From Chiloscyllium plagiosum (taxonomy: Eukaryota): a DNA stretch of 64,000 nt. The stretch spans positions 2,101,614-2,165,613 of the forward strand of contig NC_057713.1 in assembly GCF_004010195.1 (NCBI RefSeq). Direction: 5' to 3'. The position numbers and the translations under genes are program-made. This document shows, in pieces, positions 39,395 through 53,588 of the stretch (position 1 is its first letter; every line of letters begins with the position of its first letter). The notes beneath the pieces were generated by a model. That model did no database searches and was not told the origin of the DNA. It was given only the letters and a program-made list of their open reading frames with translations.

Positions 39395-42225
39395 ACCTGA
39401 CTCTCGGACACTGCACCCATTCTCTCAGTACTGACCCATCAACAATAGTGTTCTCTCAATACTGACCATCTGACAGTGTGGCTCTAGCGTAACAAGACCC
39501 TCTGATATTGCAGCACTGATCCTGAGACAGTGCGGCCCTCTCAGCACTGACCCTCCAACAGTGTGGCACTCCCTCAGCACAGACCCCCTGACAGTGCGGC
39601 TCTCCCTCAGCACTGACCCTCCAACAGTGCAGCACTCACTCAGCACTGACTCTCCGACAGTTTGTGCCCACAACACTGAACCCCAACAGTGCAGCCTGCC
39701 ATCAGGACTGACCCCGCCGCCACCCCCCCCCCCCCCCCCCCACCAAACCCGGCAGCCAGTGCAGTACTCCTTCAGCGCTGACCCTCCAACAGTGCGGCCC
39801 TCCCTCAGCACTCACCTTCCGACAGTACAGCATTCCCTCAGCATTGACCCTCCAAAAATGCAGTACTCCTCAGCACTGACCGTCCGAAAGTATGGCACTC
39901 CCTCAGGACTGACCCTCCAACAGTGCAGAGTTCCCTCAGCACTGACCATCTGATAATGCGGCACTCCCTCCGCACTGACCCTCCGACAGTGCTGCGCTCC
40001 TCAGCACTGACCCACCGACAGTGCTGCGCTCCTCAGCACTGACCCACCGACAGTGCTGCGCTCCTCGGCACTGACCCTCCGACAGTGTCCACTCCCTCAG
40101 CACTGACCCTCTGACAGCACGGCACTCCCTCAGCACTGACCCTCCGACAGTGCCCACTCCCTCAGCACTGATCCGCCAACAGTGCGGCGCTCCCTCAGCA
40201 CTGACCCTCCGACAGTGCGGCGTTCCTTCAGCACTGACCCTCCGACAGTGCGGCGTTCCTTCAGCAATGACCCTCCGACAGTGCGGCATCCCTCAGCGCT
40301 GACCTTACAACAGTGCGGCAGCACTACCTCAGCGCTGACCCTTCAACAGTATGGTGTTCCCTCAGCACTGACTCTCTGACAGTAAGGTGTGCCCACAGCA
40401 CTGAACCCCCCAACAGTGCGGCACTCCCTCAGGACTAACCCTCCGACAGTGTGGCACTCGCTCAGGACTAACCCTCCGACAGTGTGGCACTCGCTCAGTA
40501 CTGACCCTCCGACAGTGCGGTACTCCCTCAGGACTAACCCTCCGACAGTGTGGCACTCGCTCAGTACTGACCCTCCGACAGTGTGGTACTCCCTCAGGAC
40601 TAACCCTCCGACAGTGCAGATCTCCCTCAGCACTGACCCTCCGACAGTGCGGCACTCCCTCAGCACCGACCCTCCGACAATGCAGCACTCCCTCAGCACC
40701 GACTCTCCGACAGTGCGGCACTCCCTCAGCACTGACCCTCCGACAGTGCGGCACTCCCTCAGCACTGACCATTCGACTATGCAGTGCTCCATCAGCACTG
40801 ACCTTCTGATAGTGTGGCACTCCCTCAGCACTGACCGTCCAAGAGTGTGGTTCTCCCTCAGCACCAACCTTGTGACTATGCACCATGCCCTCAGCACTGA
40901 CCTCCTGAAAGTGTGACTCTCCCTTAACACTGAAGCTCCGACAAGGCGATACTCTTGTAGTACTGACCCACCGACAATATGGCACTCTTTCAGAACTCAC
41001 CCATCCGTATGTCGATCCATCAGCACTGAATCTCTGAAAGTGCAGCTGTTGCTTAGCGTTAACCTTCCAACAATATAGCAATCCAAGTCCTGACTCTACG
41101 ACAGTGCGGTAATCCCTCAGCACTGACCCTCTGACAGTGCCCACACCCTCAGCACTGACCATGTGACAATACGGCACTCCCTCAGTACTGACCCTCCAAC
41201 AGTGCAGCGCTTCCTCAAAAGTGACCATCTGACAGTGCGACACTCCCTCAGCACTGACCCTCCGACTGTGCGGCCCTCCGACAGTGCAGCACTCCCTCAG
41301 CACTGACCCTCCGACAGTGCAGCACTTCCTCAGCGTTGACCTTACGACAGTGCGGTACTCCCTCAGCACTGACCCTCCAACAGTGCGGCACTACCTCAGC
41401 GCTGACCCTTCAACAGTGTGGCGTTCCCTCAGAACTGACTCTCTGACAGTAAAGTGTGCCCACAGCACTGACCCCCCCAAACAGTGTGGTACTCGCTCAG
41501 TACTGACCCTCCAACAGTATGGTACTCCCTCAGGACTAACCCTCCGACAGTGCAGCATTCCCTCAGCACTGACCGTCTGACAGTGCGGCGCTCCCTCAGC
41601 ACTGACCCTCCGACAGTGCGGCACTCCCTCAGCACTGACCCTCTGACAGTATGGCACTCCCTCAGCAATGACCCTCCGACAGTGCGGCGCTTCCTCAGCA
41701 CTGACCGTTCGACTATGCAGTGCTCCCTCAACACGTACCCTCCGACAGTGTGGCACTCTCTCAGCACTGACCCTCCGACAGTGCAGATCTCCCTCAGCAC
41801 TGACCCTCCAACAGTGCGGCACTCCCTCAGCGCTGACCTTCCGACAGTGCAGCGCTTCCTCAGCACTGACCGTTCGACTATGCAGTGCTCCCTCAACACT
41901 GACCTTCTGACAGTGTGGCACTCCCTCAGCATTGATCGTCCAAGAGTGTGGTTCTCCCTCAGCACTGACCCTCTGACAGTGCGGCACTCCCTCTGCACTG
42001 ACCATCCGACAGTGTCACACTGCCTCATCACTGACCCTCCAACAGTGCGGCACTGCCTCAGCACTGACCCTCTGACAGTGCGGCACTGCCTCAGCACTGA
42101 CCCTTCGACAGTGCGGCACTCCCTCAGCACTGACCCTATGACAACAGAGTGCAGCATTCTCTCAGAACTGATCATCTGCCAATGTGGCAAACCCACAGTT
42201 ACGACCCTCTGACAGTGCAGCACAC
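39395..42225. repeat. About 2.8-kb array of the 33-bp minisatellite upstream of gene C
   Basis: Roughly 80-85 degenerate units; they translate as repeating STDPPTVRHSL (11 aa = 33 nt). Confidence 0.95.
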
Positions 42226-42336
42226 CCTCCCTGCTATGCTACTGGCTATATATATATATATATACAAAGCCCTGGTCGAAAAGGTGAAGGTGGAAGCTCC
42301 TGACAGGCAGCCTGAACTGGACCAGTTCCTCCCCTT

Positions 42337-42463
42337 GCAGCTCATTGGCTGGCTGCTGAATGATGAGACTGGGGGGTGCTCAGTACTAATAAAGACAACA
42401 GGCAGGCAGAGTAACAGTCTCATTTCCTTCTTGCAGAAGCAGAGGTAGCATTTTGTGTGAGAG
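42337..42463 (+). promoter_or_regulatory. Putative promoter and non-coding exon 1 of actin gene C
   Basis: ATTGG at 42344, TAATAAAG at 42387, Inr-like TCATTTC near 42422, donor GAG|gtaggt at 42463/42464, acceptors at 42746 or 42759; near-identical to the gene B promoter. Confidence 0.55.
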
Positions 42464-42766
42464 GTAGGTGCTGCTTGGAAAATAAGGTGTGGCAGGAGTG
42501 AAGGCTTGTCATTGCTCAGAGGGTGTCTAATGGGCTCTCAGTTTTGAATGTTGGGACATTGGTTTATGGGGGTCTGTAGTTTGTGTTGGGGTTTGTCCTT
42601 TTGGTAAAAAAAAGGAAGTTCCAGAAGTTGTAGTGGGGTCTGTTTCAAGTTAGTGAGCCATGTCTCTTCCTGTATTGTGTTAGTGCTTTTTTTAAATTCC
42701 TCTGTCTTGTGTCTGCGTCAATGGACATCTTTTTTGTCTCTTTCAGTCACCTCCTGCAGATTCTAA

Positions 42767-42937
<171 letters not shown>

Positions 42938-43774
42938 TGACTTGGTTTTTCTTTCCCCTTTGGGTGTGGAGACTGTTGTTTCTTGTAACTGTAAACTTGT
43001 CACTTGTTACGGCTTCCTCTTTTACACTGTTTGTGGTCTACATTCTCTTTCCTTTAGAGACTGGGGTTTGACTTTAACCCTTGCTAGCTCCTGCTCTTGC
43101 AGTTTGGGTGTGGTCATTAGTGTGGGGTTGTTCCTGTTTGGGGTTCTATCTGACCCCTTTACTGAGTTGTTCCTGTTTCTGGCAAATCCAGATGGCCTTA
43201 TCTGGCGTCAGTGGGGAAACTGCCAATGGCTGAAAGCTGGACCTTTTTGGGCCTTGAATTGTGGCCAGGACAGGGTTAAGCCAGGTGTGGGATGATCTAG
43301 CTTATACCTAGGCATTCCTTTCCCAGTCTCTCCTCCTGGAGCAGTGTTTCAGGCAATGTTTGCTCCTCCCTTAAGATTCTTCTTCATTCTGTATAGTTTT
43401 AATCTCCCTGGTGTGCTTTAACCTTGTCAGTAAATGGTTCGATGTGCCTCAGAAGCAGTGAGAGGAAGTTACTCAGTTCCTTGAACCACTTCTCTGATTC
43501 AAATTAGGTTGTGGTTTTTGGTTATCTGAAACCTTGCTTTATATGGGTTGATATGCTTGTGTACTGATGTTGATTGGCCTGTTTGAAATTGTGAAGTGCT
43601 TCCTTCGTTACCACTTGTGTCAACACTTTATTTGGTTTTGTATTGAATTTCGCCTGTTAGAAATTCTTCCTGATATAACCTCTGGCCTGGCTCTGTATAA
43701 TGTCATTGTCCTCTGCTCTGGCCTTCTCTTAAGGTTAAACTTGATCTGCTACTGATCTGCCTACCTGATAAAGC

Positions 43775-44060
43775 ATAGAATCCCTACAGCATGGAAACGA
43801 CCTTCTGAACAGTAACCCGAGACCCATTCCCCTACTCTATTACTCTGTTTACCCCTGACTAGTGCACCTAACCTACACATCCTTCAATACTATGGGCAAC
43901 TTTAGCGTAGCCAATTCACCTAACCTTCACATCTTTAGATTGTGGGAGGAAACCCACGCAGACACTGGGACAATGTACAGACTCCATGCAGGAAGTCACT
44001 TGAGGTTGGAATTGAACCTGGGACTCTGCTGTGAGGCAGTAGTGCTAACAACTGAGCCAC
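43775..44060 (-). mobile_element. HE1/V-SINE in the gene C intron
   Basis: Minus-strand V-domain and head. Confidence 0.75.
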
Positions 44061-44784
44061 AAAGCAATCTAATCTTTGTCAGCCCAAGAGTACATTCATT
44101 ACTATTAGCCAACTTAGTGTTTATCTGCAAATTAATACATCTCCCCTACCCAACATTCTTATGTTGTTTTAAATGTATCTCAAACAATGAGCGACCCTGT
44201 GATATGCCACACAGCCAATTTTGGATCCATCTTACTAAGTTGCCCTGGTGATCCCATAGGCATTAATGGCCTTTCAGTTTTCCATGTGGGACCTTGTCAA
44301 AACTAGTGGTATTGTATAAACATAACTGCACCATCTGCACCTACATACCTGAACACCACCTGAAAAATTCCAAAATTTGCTGGGTGTGATGCCTCTGACA
44401 TTTTCGACCATACTTAAACTGAAATATTTGCATTTGAATGCTACAGAGAAGGTCTTTGGGGGAAATTGAATATTTTTGAGAAAACAGATCAAGGGGCTGA
44501 ATACCTCCTGTTCAATTCTACTGGACAATGTTAGAGAAACAGACCAGTGGCTGGGATCTTTGAAGTTTCTAGGTGGAGAATGGGGGATGATTGTGAAGTT
44601 CGGCAATAGACTGCCTAATGATTGAGAAGTTTAACAGGAAGAATGAAAGGGCAGTAGGGCAGAGCTCTTCCAGTGGAAGGAGAGTCTATATAAACAAAGC
44701 AACAGTAGTCTGTTTTGTGGACATGATTTTGTTTGATCTCCACTTTGGAGCTGGGTTGGGGAAATGTTATGGAGGATTAGTTTC

Positions 44785-45056
44785 CTTTACAGTGTGGAAA
44801 CAGGCCCTCCGGCCCAACTAGTCAACACCAACCCTCCAAAGAGTAACCCACCCAGAACCATTTCCCTCCTAACAGCACTAACACTAGTGGGCAATTTAGC
44901 ATGGCCAATTTACCTGCCCTGCCAGATCTTTGGACTGTGGGAGGAAACCCATGCAGACATGGAGAATGTGTGCAAACTCCACACATTCACCCGAGGCTGG
45001 AATCAAACCTGGTGCTATGAGGCAGCAGTGCTTACCACTGAGCTAACATGCTGCCC
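44785..45056 (-). mobile_element. HE1/V-SINE in the gene C intron
   Basis: Minus-strand tail, V-domain and head. Confidence 0.8.
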
Positions 45057-45749
45057 TGTCTTGCTAAGGAACCTCTTTTTTTTTTTCTTCTTGCCTATGA
45101 AATGTGGTTATTTGAAGCAAGTAGTGTTTCAGCTCTGCCCATATCTGTTTTGGATTATTGCAACAACCTTCTCAACCTGTTTAATAGGGTGTTTTTTTTT
45201 CATTGCAAGATATTTCCTGCATAACTGAGTGATTTGAAATTCACATTAATGCTGCTTGCAGACTCCTGTTCATTACGTACAGCTCAGATGGTCTTCCCTC
45301 AAACCTGGTCAATCATGATACAAATTTTAAAATCAATCAATTAGTCTCCTCCCAAACAGTGGTTTAACCCTGTCCCTTTCTCCCCCCCCCCCCCCCCCCT
45401 CTAATTTTAGTAACTTAGAAAGTAGGAGCAGGAGTGGGTCATCTAGCCCTTCAAGCCTGTTCCTGAGATTGTGGCTAATTATCAAACTTGTACACTGTTA
45501 CAACTTTCTCTCCCATGCCCTTTTTTGGTCCCTTTTTAGCCCTAAGAAATATATCTAATTCTTGGAAATATTCAACGTTTAGCCTCCACTGCTTTCTATG
45601 GCAGTGAGTTCCACAGGTTGACTATTCCTTGGGTGAAGACATTTCTCCCCATTTCTATTGTAGATAGTCATCTGACACCTATAAACTGTGACCCCCTGGT
45701 TCTGGACTCCCCTGACAACAGGGAAAACTCTTCCTGATGTTTACTGTCT

Positions 45750-45899
45750 AGTCAGGTGAATTGGCTATGCTAAATTGCCCGTAGTGTTGGGTAAAGAGGT
45801 AAATGTAGGGGTATGGGTGGGTTACGCTTCGGCGGGTCGGTGTGGACTTGTTGGGCCGAAGGGCCTGTTTCCACACTGTAAGTAATCTAATCTAATCTA
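45750..45899 (+). mobile_element. 5'-truncated HE1 SINE
   Basis: gtcaggtgaattggc...gggcctgtttccacactgtaagt(aatct)n tail. Confidence 0.8.
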
Positions 45900-45964
45900 G
45901 TACTGTAGAGTTTTTTAAAGATTCTGTCCCTCTACTGTAACCATTCTTCTAAACTCAGTCAATA

Positions 45965-46800
45965 TACACAGAATATAGAACAGTACAGCACAGAACAGGC
46001 CCTCAAGCCCACGATGTTGTGCCGAGACTTAATCCTAATGTAAAATATAGTAACTTAACCTACGCACCCCTCAACTCACTGCTATCCATGTGCATGTCCA
46101 GCAGTCGCTTAAATGGCCCGAATGACTTTGCTTCCACCACCACAGCTGGCAACGCATTCCATGCATTCACAACTCTCTGCGTAAAGATCCTACCTCTGAC
46201 GTCTCCTTTATACTTTCCTCCTAATATCTTCAAACTATGACTTCTTATACTAGTCAATCCTGCCCTGGGGAAAGTCTCTGGCTATTGACTCTATCTATTC
46301 CTCTCATTATTTTGTACACCTCGATCAGGTCTCCTCTCTTCCTCCTTCTCCCCAGAGAGAAAAGTCTGAGCTTATTCAACCTCTCTTCCTAAGGCAAGCC
46401 CTCCAGTCCAGGCAGCATCCTAGTAAACCTTCTTTGCACCCTCTCCAAAGCCTCTATCTTTCCGATTAATAGGGCAACCAGAACTGGACACAATATTTCA
46501 AGTGTGGTCTCACCAGGGACTCGTAGAGCTGCAGCAAAACCTCGCGGCTCTTAAACTCAATCCCCCTGTTAATGAAAGCCAAAACACTATGCTTTCTTAA
46601 CAACTCTATCCACTTGGATGGCAACTTTGAGGGATCTATGTACTTGCACACCCAGATCCCTCTGTTCCTCCACACTGCCAAGAATCCTGTCTTTAATCCT
46701 ATATTCAGCATTCGAGTTCGACCTTCCAAAATGCATCACTTCGCATTTATCCAGGTTGAATTCCATCTGCCATTTCTCAGCCCAGCTCTGCATCCTGTCT
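45965..46800 (-). mobile_element. CR1 3' fragment, same family as 3918-5950
   Basis: Near reverse complement of 5240-5950; WAEKWQMEFN and LVRPHLKYCVQFW motifs. Confidence 0.9.
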
Positions 46801-47084
46801 GTTGCTTTTTACAAACTGATTCGATCTCTCCTTGTCAGTCTGAAACAAAACTTATCCAAATCACACTGAAGCATTTCTGCTTGTCTCTCCTCACTATCCT
46901 ATGTGCTTTGTCATCTGCAACCTGGAGGTATTACCTTTAGTTTCCTTATCCAAATCATTAATACATAGTGCTTGGGCCCCATAGTCAATTATTCTTGTGA
47001 TACTACACTAGGCACTGCCTGCCACTCCGAAAACAGATACTTTTAATTGATATTTTGTTTTGTCTTCCAACCAGTTCTTTGCCA

Positions 47085-49750
47085 AGGAAAAAGACCCTGT
47101 ACAGGCCACCTATCAGTAGGGATGAGAGGCAGAAAATAAAGCAGGAGATAAAAAGGCATGTCAGAAAGACTTAACAATAACTATCCTGGGGGACTTCAAT
47201 CTGTAGTTGGACTGGGAAAGCCCCAGGTTAATACTAGGTCCCAACAAAAGGAGTTTGTGGAATGTCTACAGGATGGGTTTTTGGAATAGCTTGTGGTACA
47301 GCCCACTAGGAAATGGGCAATTCTGGATTTAGTGATGCTTAATAACTCCCTAATAAAGTCTGCCTTATGAAGAAACCCACATCCGATGAATGAATAAATT
47401 CTTGAGGAGCAGTGACCACAATATGATAGAATTAACCCTGTAGCTTGAGAGGGAGAAGCTGGAAGCAGATGTAACAGGATTACAATGGAGTAAAGGTAAC
47501 TACAGAAATGTGAGGGACAAATTAATTGGAAGGAGCGTCTTGTAGGAAAGATGGTGGAGCAGCAATGTTGGAAGGTTCTGGGGATAATTTGGGAGGCACA
47601 GCAAAAATTTGTGTCCCAAAGAAGAAACCACCTCCTGGGAGAATGAGGCAATTGTGGCTGAGGGAAGTCAGGGACAACTTAAAAGCAAAAGAGAAAGTAT
47701 ACAACATGGTTAAGATTTCTCTCAAAGCAGAGGATTTGAAGCCCTTTTTTTAAAAACCAGCAGACAGCGACTTTTTAAAAAGCAATGTGGGGGGGGGTGA
47801 GATGAAATATGGTACGTTAGTGAATAAAACAAAAGAATAGAAGTTATTTTGAGACTATATGTAAGGGAAATAGGAAGAGTGGTTGTAAAACTTCTGGAAA
47901 ATGTGTGGTGAAGTTGTAATAAGCAAACAAAATAGTGGAGGAACTGAATAGGTACTTTGCATCAGTTTTCATGGTAGAAAACACTGTAGTTTTAGCAGAT
48001 CTTTGGGTGGTTGGGAACAGTGGGGAGTGTGGTGGCTATCGCTAAGGAGAACATGCTGGGAAGCTGAAAGACCAGACTGGATGGACTCATCCCCCTTTTG
48101 AAGGAGATAACTGAGGAGGTTGTGTGGAGGCATTGATGTTGATCTTCCAGGAAATATGGGAGTCTAGGAGGATCCCAGCGGACTGGAAAATGGGCTAATA
48201 CACCCCCACCACCCCCCAAACCGTTTTAAGGGAGGGAGGCGGAAGACCAGAAACTATAGACTGATTAGCCTGACCTCTGTTCTTGGTAAGATTTTCAGGG
48301 TCCATTATCAGGAATGAGATTGTGAAGTAATTAGAAGTTCATGGTAAAATAGGGCTGGGTCAGCATGGCTTCAAAGGAAGGTTATGTCTAGCAAATCTAT
48401 TGGAACTGAGGTAATGAGCAAGTTAGAGGAAAGTTGGTGGACGTGGTCTGTTTCCATCTCCAGAAGGCTTTTGACATGGTGCCACAGGAGCTGCTAAATA
48501 AGAGTCTATGGTGTCAGAGCCAAGCTACTGGCATGATAATGGATTGGCTGACTTGCAGAAAGCAGAGGTGGGGTAAGGGGTCTTTTCAGGATGGCAGCTG
48601 GTGACTAGTTGAGTTCTGCAGGGGTCTGAATTGGGACCACAACTATTCACATTATACTGTAATGATCTGAAAGATGGAACAGAGTGCTTTGTGGATAGGT
48701 TTGCAGATACTACATGAGTGTTGGGACAGTAGTGTTGAGGTGGGGAGGTTGCTAGGAGAATGTGTGCCATCTGCCACTTTTCCTATGTGGGAAAGTGAGG
48801 TTATGTACTTGACAGGAATAAGAGGTATAGTCTATTTTCCAAATGGGAAGGGCTTCAGAAATCTGAAGCACAAAAGGATGGAGTCCTAGCTCAAGTTTAA
48901 GGATAACTTGCAGCATTAGGTAGTCAGAAGGAAAATGCAATTCATCTGAAAAGCTAGAATACAAGAGCAGCTCAGTTCTAAGAGTTACTACTGCTGAGGC
49001 TATAAGGCTCTGATCAGACTGCATTTGACTGTGTGGAGTTTGCACGTTCTCCCCGTGTCTGCGTGGGTTTCCTCCGGGTGCTCCGGTTTCCTCCCACAGT
49101 CCAAAGATATGCAGGTCAGGTGAATTGGTGATGCTAAATTGCCCATAGTGTTAGGTAAGGAGTAAATGTAGGGGTATGGGTGGGTTGCGCTTCGGCAGGG
49201 CGGTGTGGACTTGTTGGGCCGAAGGGCCTGTTTCCACACTGTAATGTAATCTAATCTAAAAAAAAATAGTCAGCAGATTGGAGAGGGATGTGCTGGCCTT
49301 GAAGGGGTCCAGAGGAGATTCACAAGAATTAACTTGGGATTAAGGCCTTGACTTATGGGGAGCAACAGAGACGTAAGGATCTGTACTCATTGAATTTAGA
49401 TGGATGAGTGATCTCCTGAAATTCTCAGAAAATTGAGGACTGAATAGAGTGGCTGTGGAGAACATCTCTCCATTCTAGGAGAGATGAGGACCTGGGGGCA
49501 CAGTCTCCAAATGAGTAACCCTTTAGGACGGAGGAGTTCCTTCTACCCAAGGTGGTGAATCAGTGAAACTCACTGCTACAGAAGGCTGTGGAGGCTGTCA
49601 TTGAATGTCTTTAAGACGGCTGGGGCCTCCCCTTAGTAAGGGGAGCAAGATTTATGGGGAGAAGGCAGGAGAATAGGGTTGAGAAACAATCAGCTATGAT
49701 TGAATATCATCTGCCATTCAGTGGGTCAAATGGCCCAAATCTACCGCAAC
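47085..49750 (+). mobile_element. Old degraded CR1 LINE with an HE1 SINE inserted at 49027-49258
   Basis: Remnants of ILGDFN, SDH, NYRLISLTSV and FQKAFD; SINE V-domain with (aatct)n tail. Confidence 0.7.
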
Positions 49751-49756
49751 TTAATG

Positions 49757-50052
49757 ATTAGGTTAGATTACCTACAGCGTGGAAACAGGCCCTTCAGTCC
49801 AAACAGTCCACACCGACCCTTTGAAGAGTAACCCACCCAGACCCATTTCCTTCTGACTAATCCACCTAACACTACGGGCAATTTAGCATGGCCAATTCAC
49901 CTGACCTGCACATCTTTGGACTGTGGGAGGAAACCAGAGCACCCGGAGGAAACCCACGCAGACATGGGGAGAATGTGCAAACTCCACACAGTCATCTGAG
50001 GCTGGAATCGACCCTAGTGCTGAGGCAGCAGTGCTAATCACTGTGCTGCCCC
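49757..50052 (-). mobile_element. HE1/V-SINE
   Basis: Minus-strand tail, V-domain and head. Confidence 0.82.
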
Positions 50053-50966
50053 GGTATCTTAAGGTATCTCCAAATCTGTGCTTATCAGCAGGTTGGGCAG
50101 CATCTTCAGAGAAAGTTGTTTCTAATCCAGTATGATACATGGAACTGAAGGGACATGCCATACTCAACATTAAGTATATTATCTCTCTTTCTTTCGTTTT
50201 CTTAGACCAGCATCTGTTAGCATTGTGCCTTATTCCAGTTCTCAGTAAATGGCTCCCAATCCCATACTCTTAACTTTCCAAGCTAATGTACAACCTTACC
50301 GAAAGCCTCCTGAAAGTCCAAGTAAACAACACTGGCTCCTTTTGTTAACTCTACTCAACATCCTCAAATTCTAGTAGATTTGTCAAGCAGTCATCTCTTT
50401 AGCAAATGCTGACTGTCTGGTCCTGTCTTATAGTGACACTACCAGTGTCAGAAGATCCCAGTCCATCATAAACCAAGTAGTTCTGATTTTAAACGAATCA
50501 ACTCCATCACCACCGTTTGAATATCCATTCCACGTTTATCCAAACTCTTCAATGTCAGCTACTAACCAGCTTTGATCTGCCTGCTTTTTTGCTGTTGTCA
50601 CTATCTCTCTATTGCTGAATCTTCATTTCTTGAAATGAAGTAAAGATGATCAAAATATAATTGTAAAAGGCAGCTGTAGAAATAAAAGTTTCTGATCTCA
50701 GTCCCAAAATGCATTGCAACTTCTTTAACCAAGAGATGTGCAGTCACTGGATGTTAAAATAAAAATTCACTGTCCTTAAAGGTGATAAGCAACTTTTGAG
50801 AAATCTCTCTAAACAATGTCCAACCTTATCTGAGAAAATTCAATTGTTGGCACAATATCTGGATGCTGGGTATTCCTCATCACTGGGTCCCTGATGGCTA
50901 GTAGTTCAACCTTATTTGAATTCATTGTGAACTGATTCATTTTTTTGTTTTGTTTTCTTGTTCTAG

Positions 50967-51971
<1,005 letters not shown>

Positions 51972-52346
51972 CATGCTTCTAGGGCTCTAGCCGTTGTCCA
52001 GAGCTTAGTCACTTTCAATGTGACTTTAAGTCTCTGCTGTTTCACAGGTTGTCAACTCTACATTTGCCCACTGTGACACGTTGCATACATCCTGCCTTTC
52101 CTAGTGCCTTTTTCACATCCTTCCCTCTAAATTCTGTTCAAAGCTAGGAGAACTGCTGTTTAATATTCCAATGAATAATGGAGACCAGTCTGAGATATGA
52201 AATGGTGTAATAGTTCCAGAGTTTGCTTCAAGGAATACCAATATTTCAGAGGGAGCAGGCAGGATTATGCAAATCTCGAGGCTTCAGTGCTACAGTTGAG
52301 AAATCTGCTTTTGTAATGGGTCTGTATTTTATCTTTGACATTCTGA

Positions 52347-52352
52347 AATAAA
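52347..52352 (+). terminator. Polyadenylation signal of gene C
   Basis: AATAAA about 375 nt after the stop, in an acattctgaaataaa context shared with gene B. Confidence 0.6.
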
Positions 52353-52988
52353 AAATCTTGAATTGATTTCCTGTTCTCTTCCTCCTTTAAGAATTTAAAC
52401 TCATTTCTAGGCTTAAGTACCCAGCAGCAGGGATGGGGATGTTGACTTTTGCAATGAATAAGGCTATACTGATGAAATATGGACCTCCTGAAGACTACAG
52501 CTATGTTGTGATTCTTCATTGTAACCATTTGGTCAATCTGCCATGTAAGTTAGCTAGTCAGTTTTACCATAAACAGTAGCATGTGATGGCCTTGGACATG
52601 GAGGTAAAAGTCAAATATGCAGGCTCAGACCTCTGGTCTATTTAGTTCTGCTCCTTTAGCTTATTGTATTAAGTGTAGATTGCCATTTACATACAAACAG
52701 CATAAAATTGCAAGCAAATTGATGACCAACTGGTTACCTTATTCAAAATGGCTAGGAAAAACCATTTTGACCACTCAATAACAGTCCATGAAAATTTCTA
52801 ATACAGAATGGAAGTAATGATTCCAGTGGAAATACTGAAGATTAGAAGTCATAACTGCTAATCTTACCCTTTCATTCAAGGGCTTTTATGTAAATGAAAG
52901 GGATAATTGGCTCAGTTGAAAGTGTGATGCATACTGGGTTCAATAGCTTATTTGGTTTAGGTGGTTCTTAACCTATATCATTCCTTCA

Positions 52989-53215
52989 GAGTCTAGATTA
53001 GTGGTGCAGGAAAAGCACAGCAAGTCAGGCAGCATCTGTGGAGCAGGAAAATCGACGTTTTGGGCAAAAACCCTTCATCATGAATGAAGGGCTTTTGCCC
53101 AAAACGCTGTGGTTTTTTTTTCCCTGTTCTGTGGATGCTGCCTGACTTGCTGTGCTTTTCCTGCACCACTCTAATCCAGACTCTGATCTCCAGCATCTGC
53201 AGTCCTCACTTTTGT
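52989..53215. mobile_element. Family-1 palindromic Penelope-derived element
   Basis: Inverted arms around cccttcatcatgaatgaaggg. Confidence 0.75.
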
Positions 53216-53588
53216 CTGTATCCTTCCTTCACTCCATAGGAAGGAGGAAGAGGGAGATACCTAACTCATGATGATAAATATTCTAGGCTAGCTGCAGCAA
53301 AGAATAAAAATACAAGAGCACTGTTATTCACTACAGCTGCCAAGTTTACCCAGACCCTCTGGATTCTCCCTGCCTCTGGGTCATGTGAAAGCATCTTTTG
53401 AGAATGGACACGCCAGCAAACACCCAGCATCACAAATGAAATCTCATGACCTGCTGAAACAGTTCTATTAAATGAATTTAGTTGGTACCTTCAGTGTTTG
53501 TTTAGCTTCATTTTTAACAGTACTTCAGATGTCTCTAATCTGTAACCTTAGAATGGGTTTCACTAATCATCCCATCTGCATGATAGTC

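Noticed and set aside
39936-42223. Long ORFs (up to 335 aa) on both strands of the minisatellite
   Set aside because: A 33-nt unit is a multiple of three and lacks stops in several frames, so these ORFs are expected by-products with no splice or domain evidence.
39395-42225. CRISPR-like array (about 33-bp periodic repeats with an internal hairpin)
   Set aside because: The units are contiguous with no unique spacers, there are no cas genes and the context is vertebrate; it is a minisatellite.
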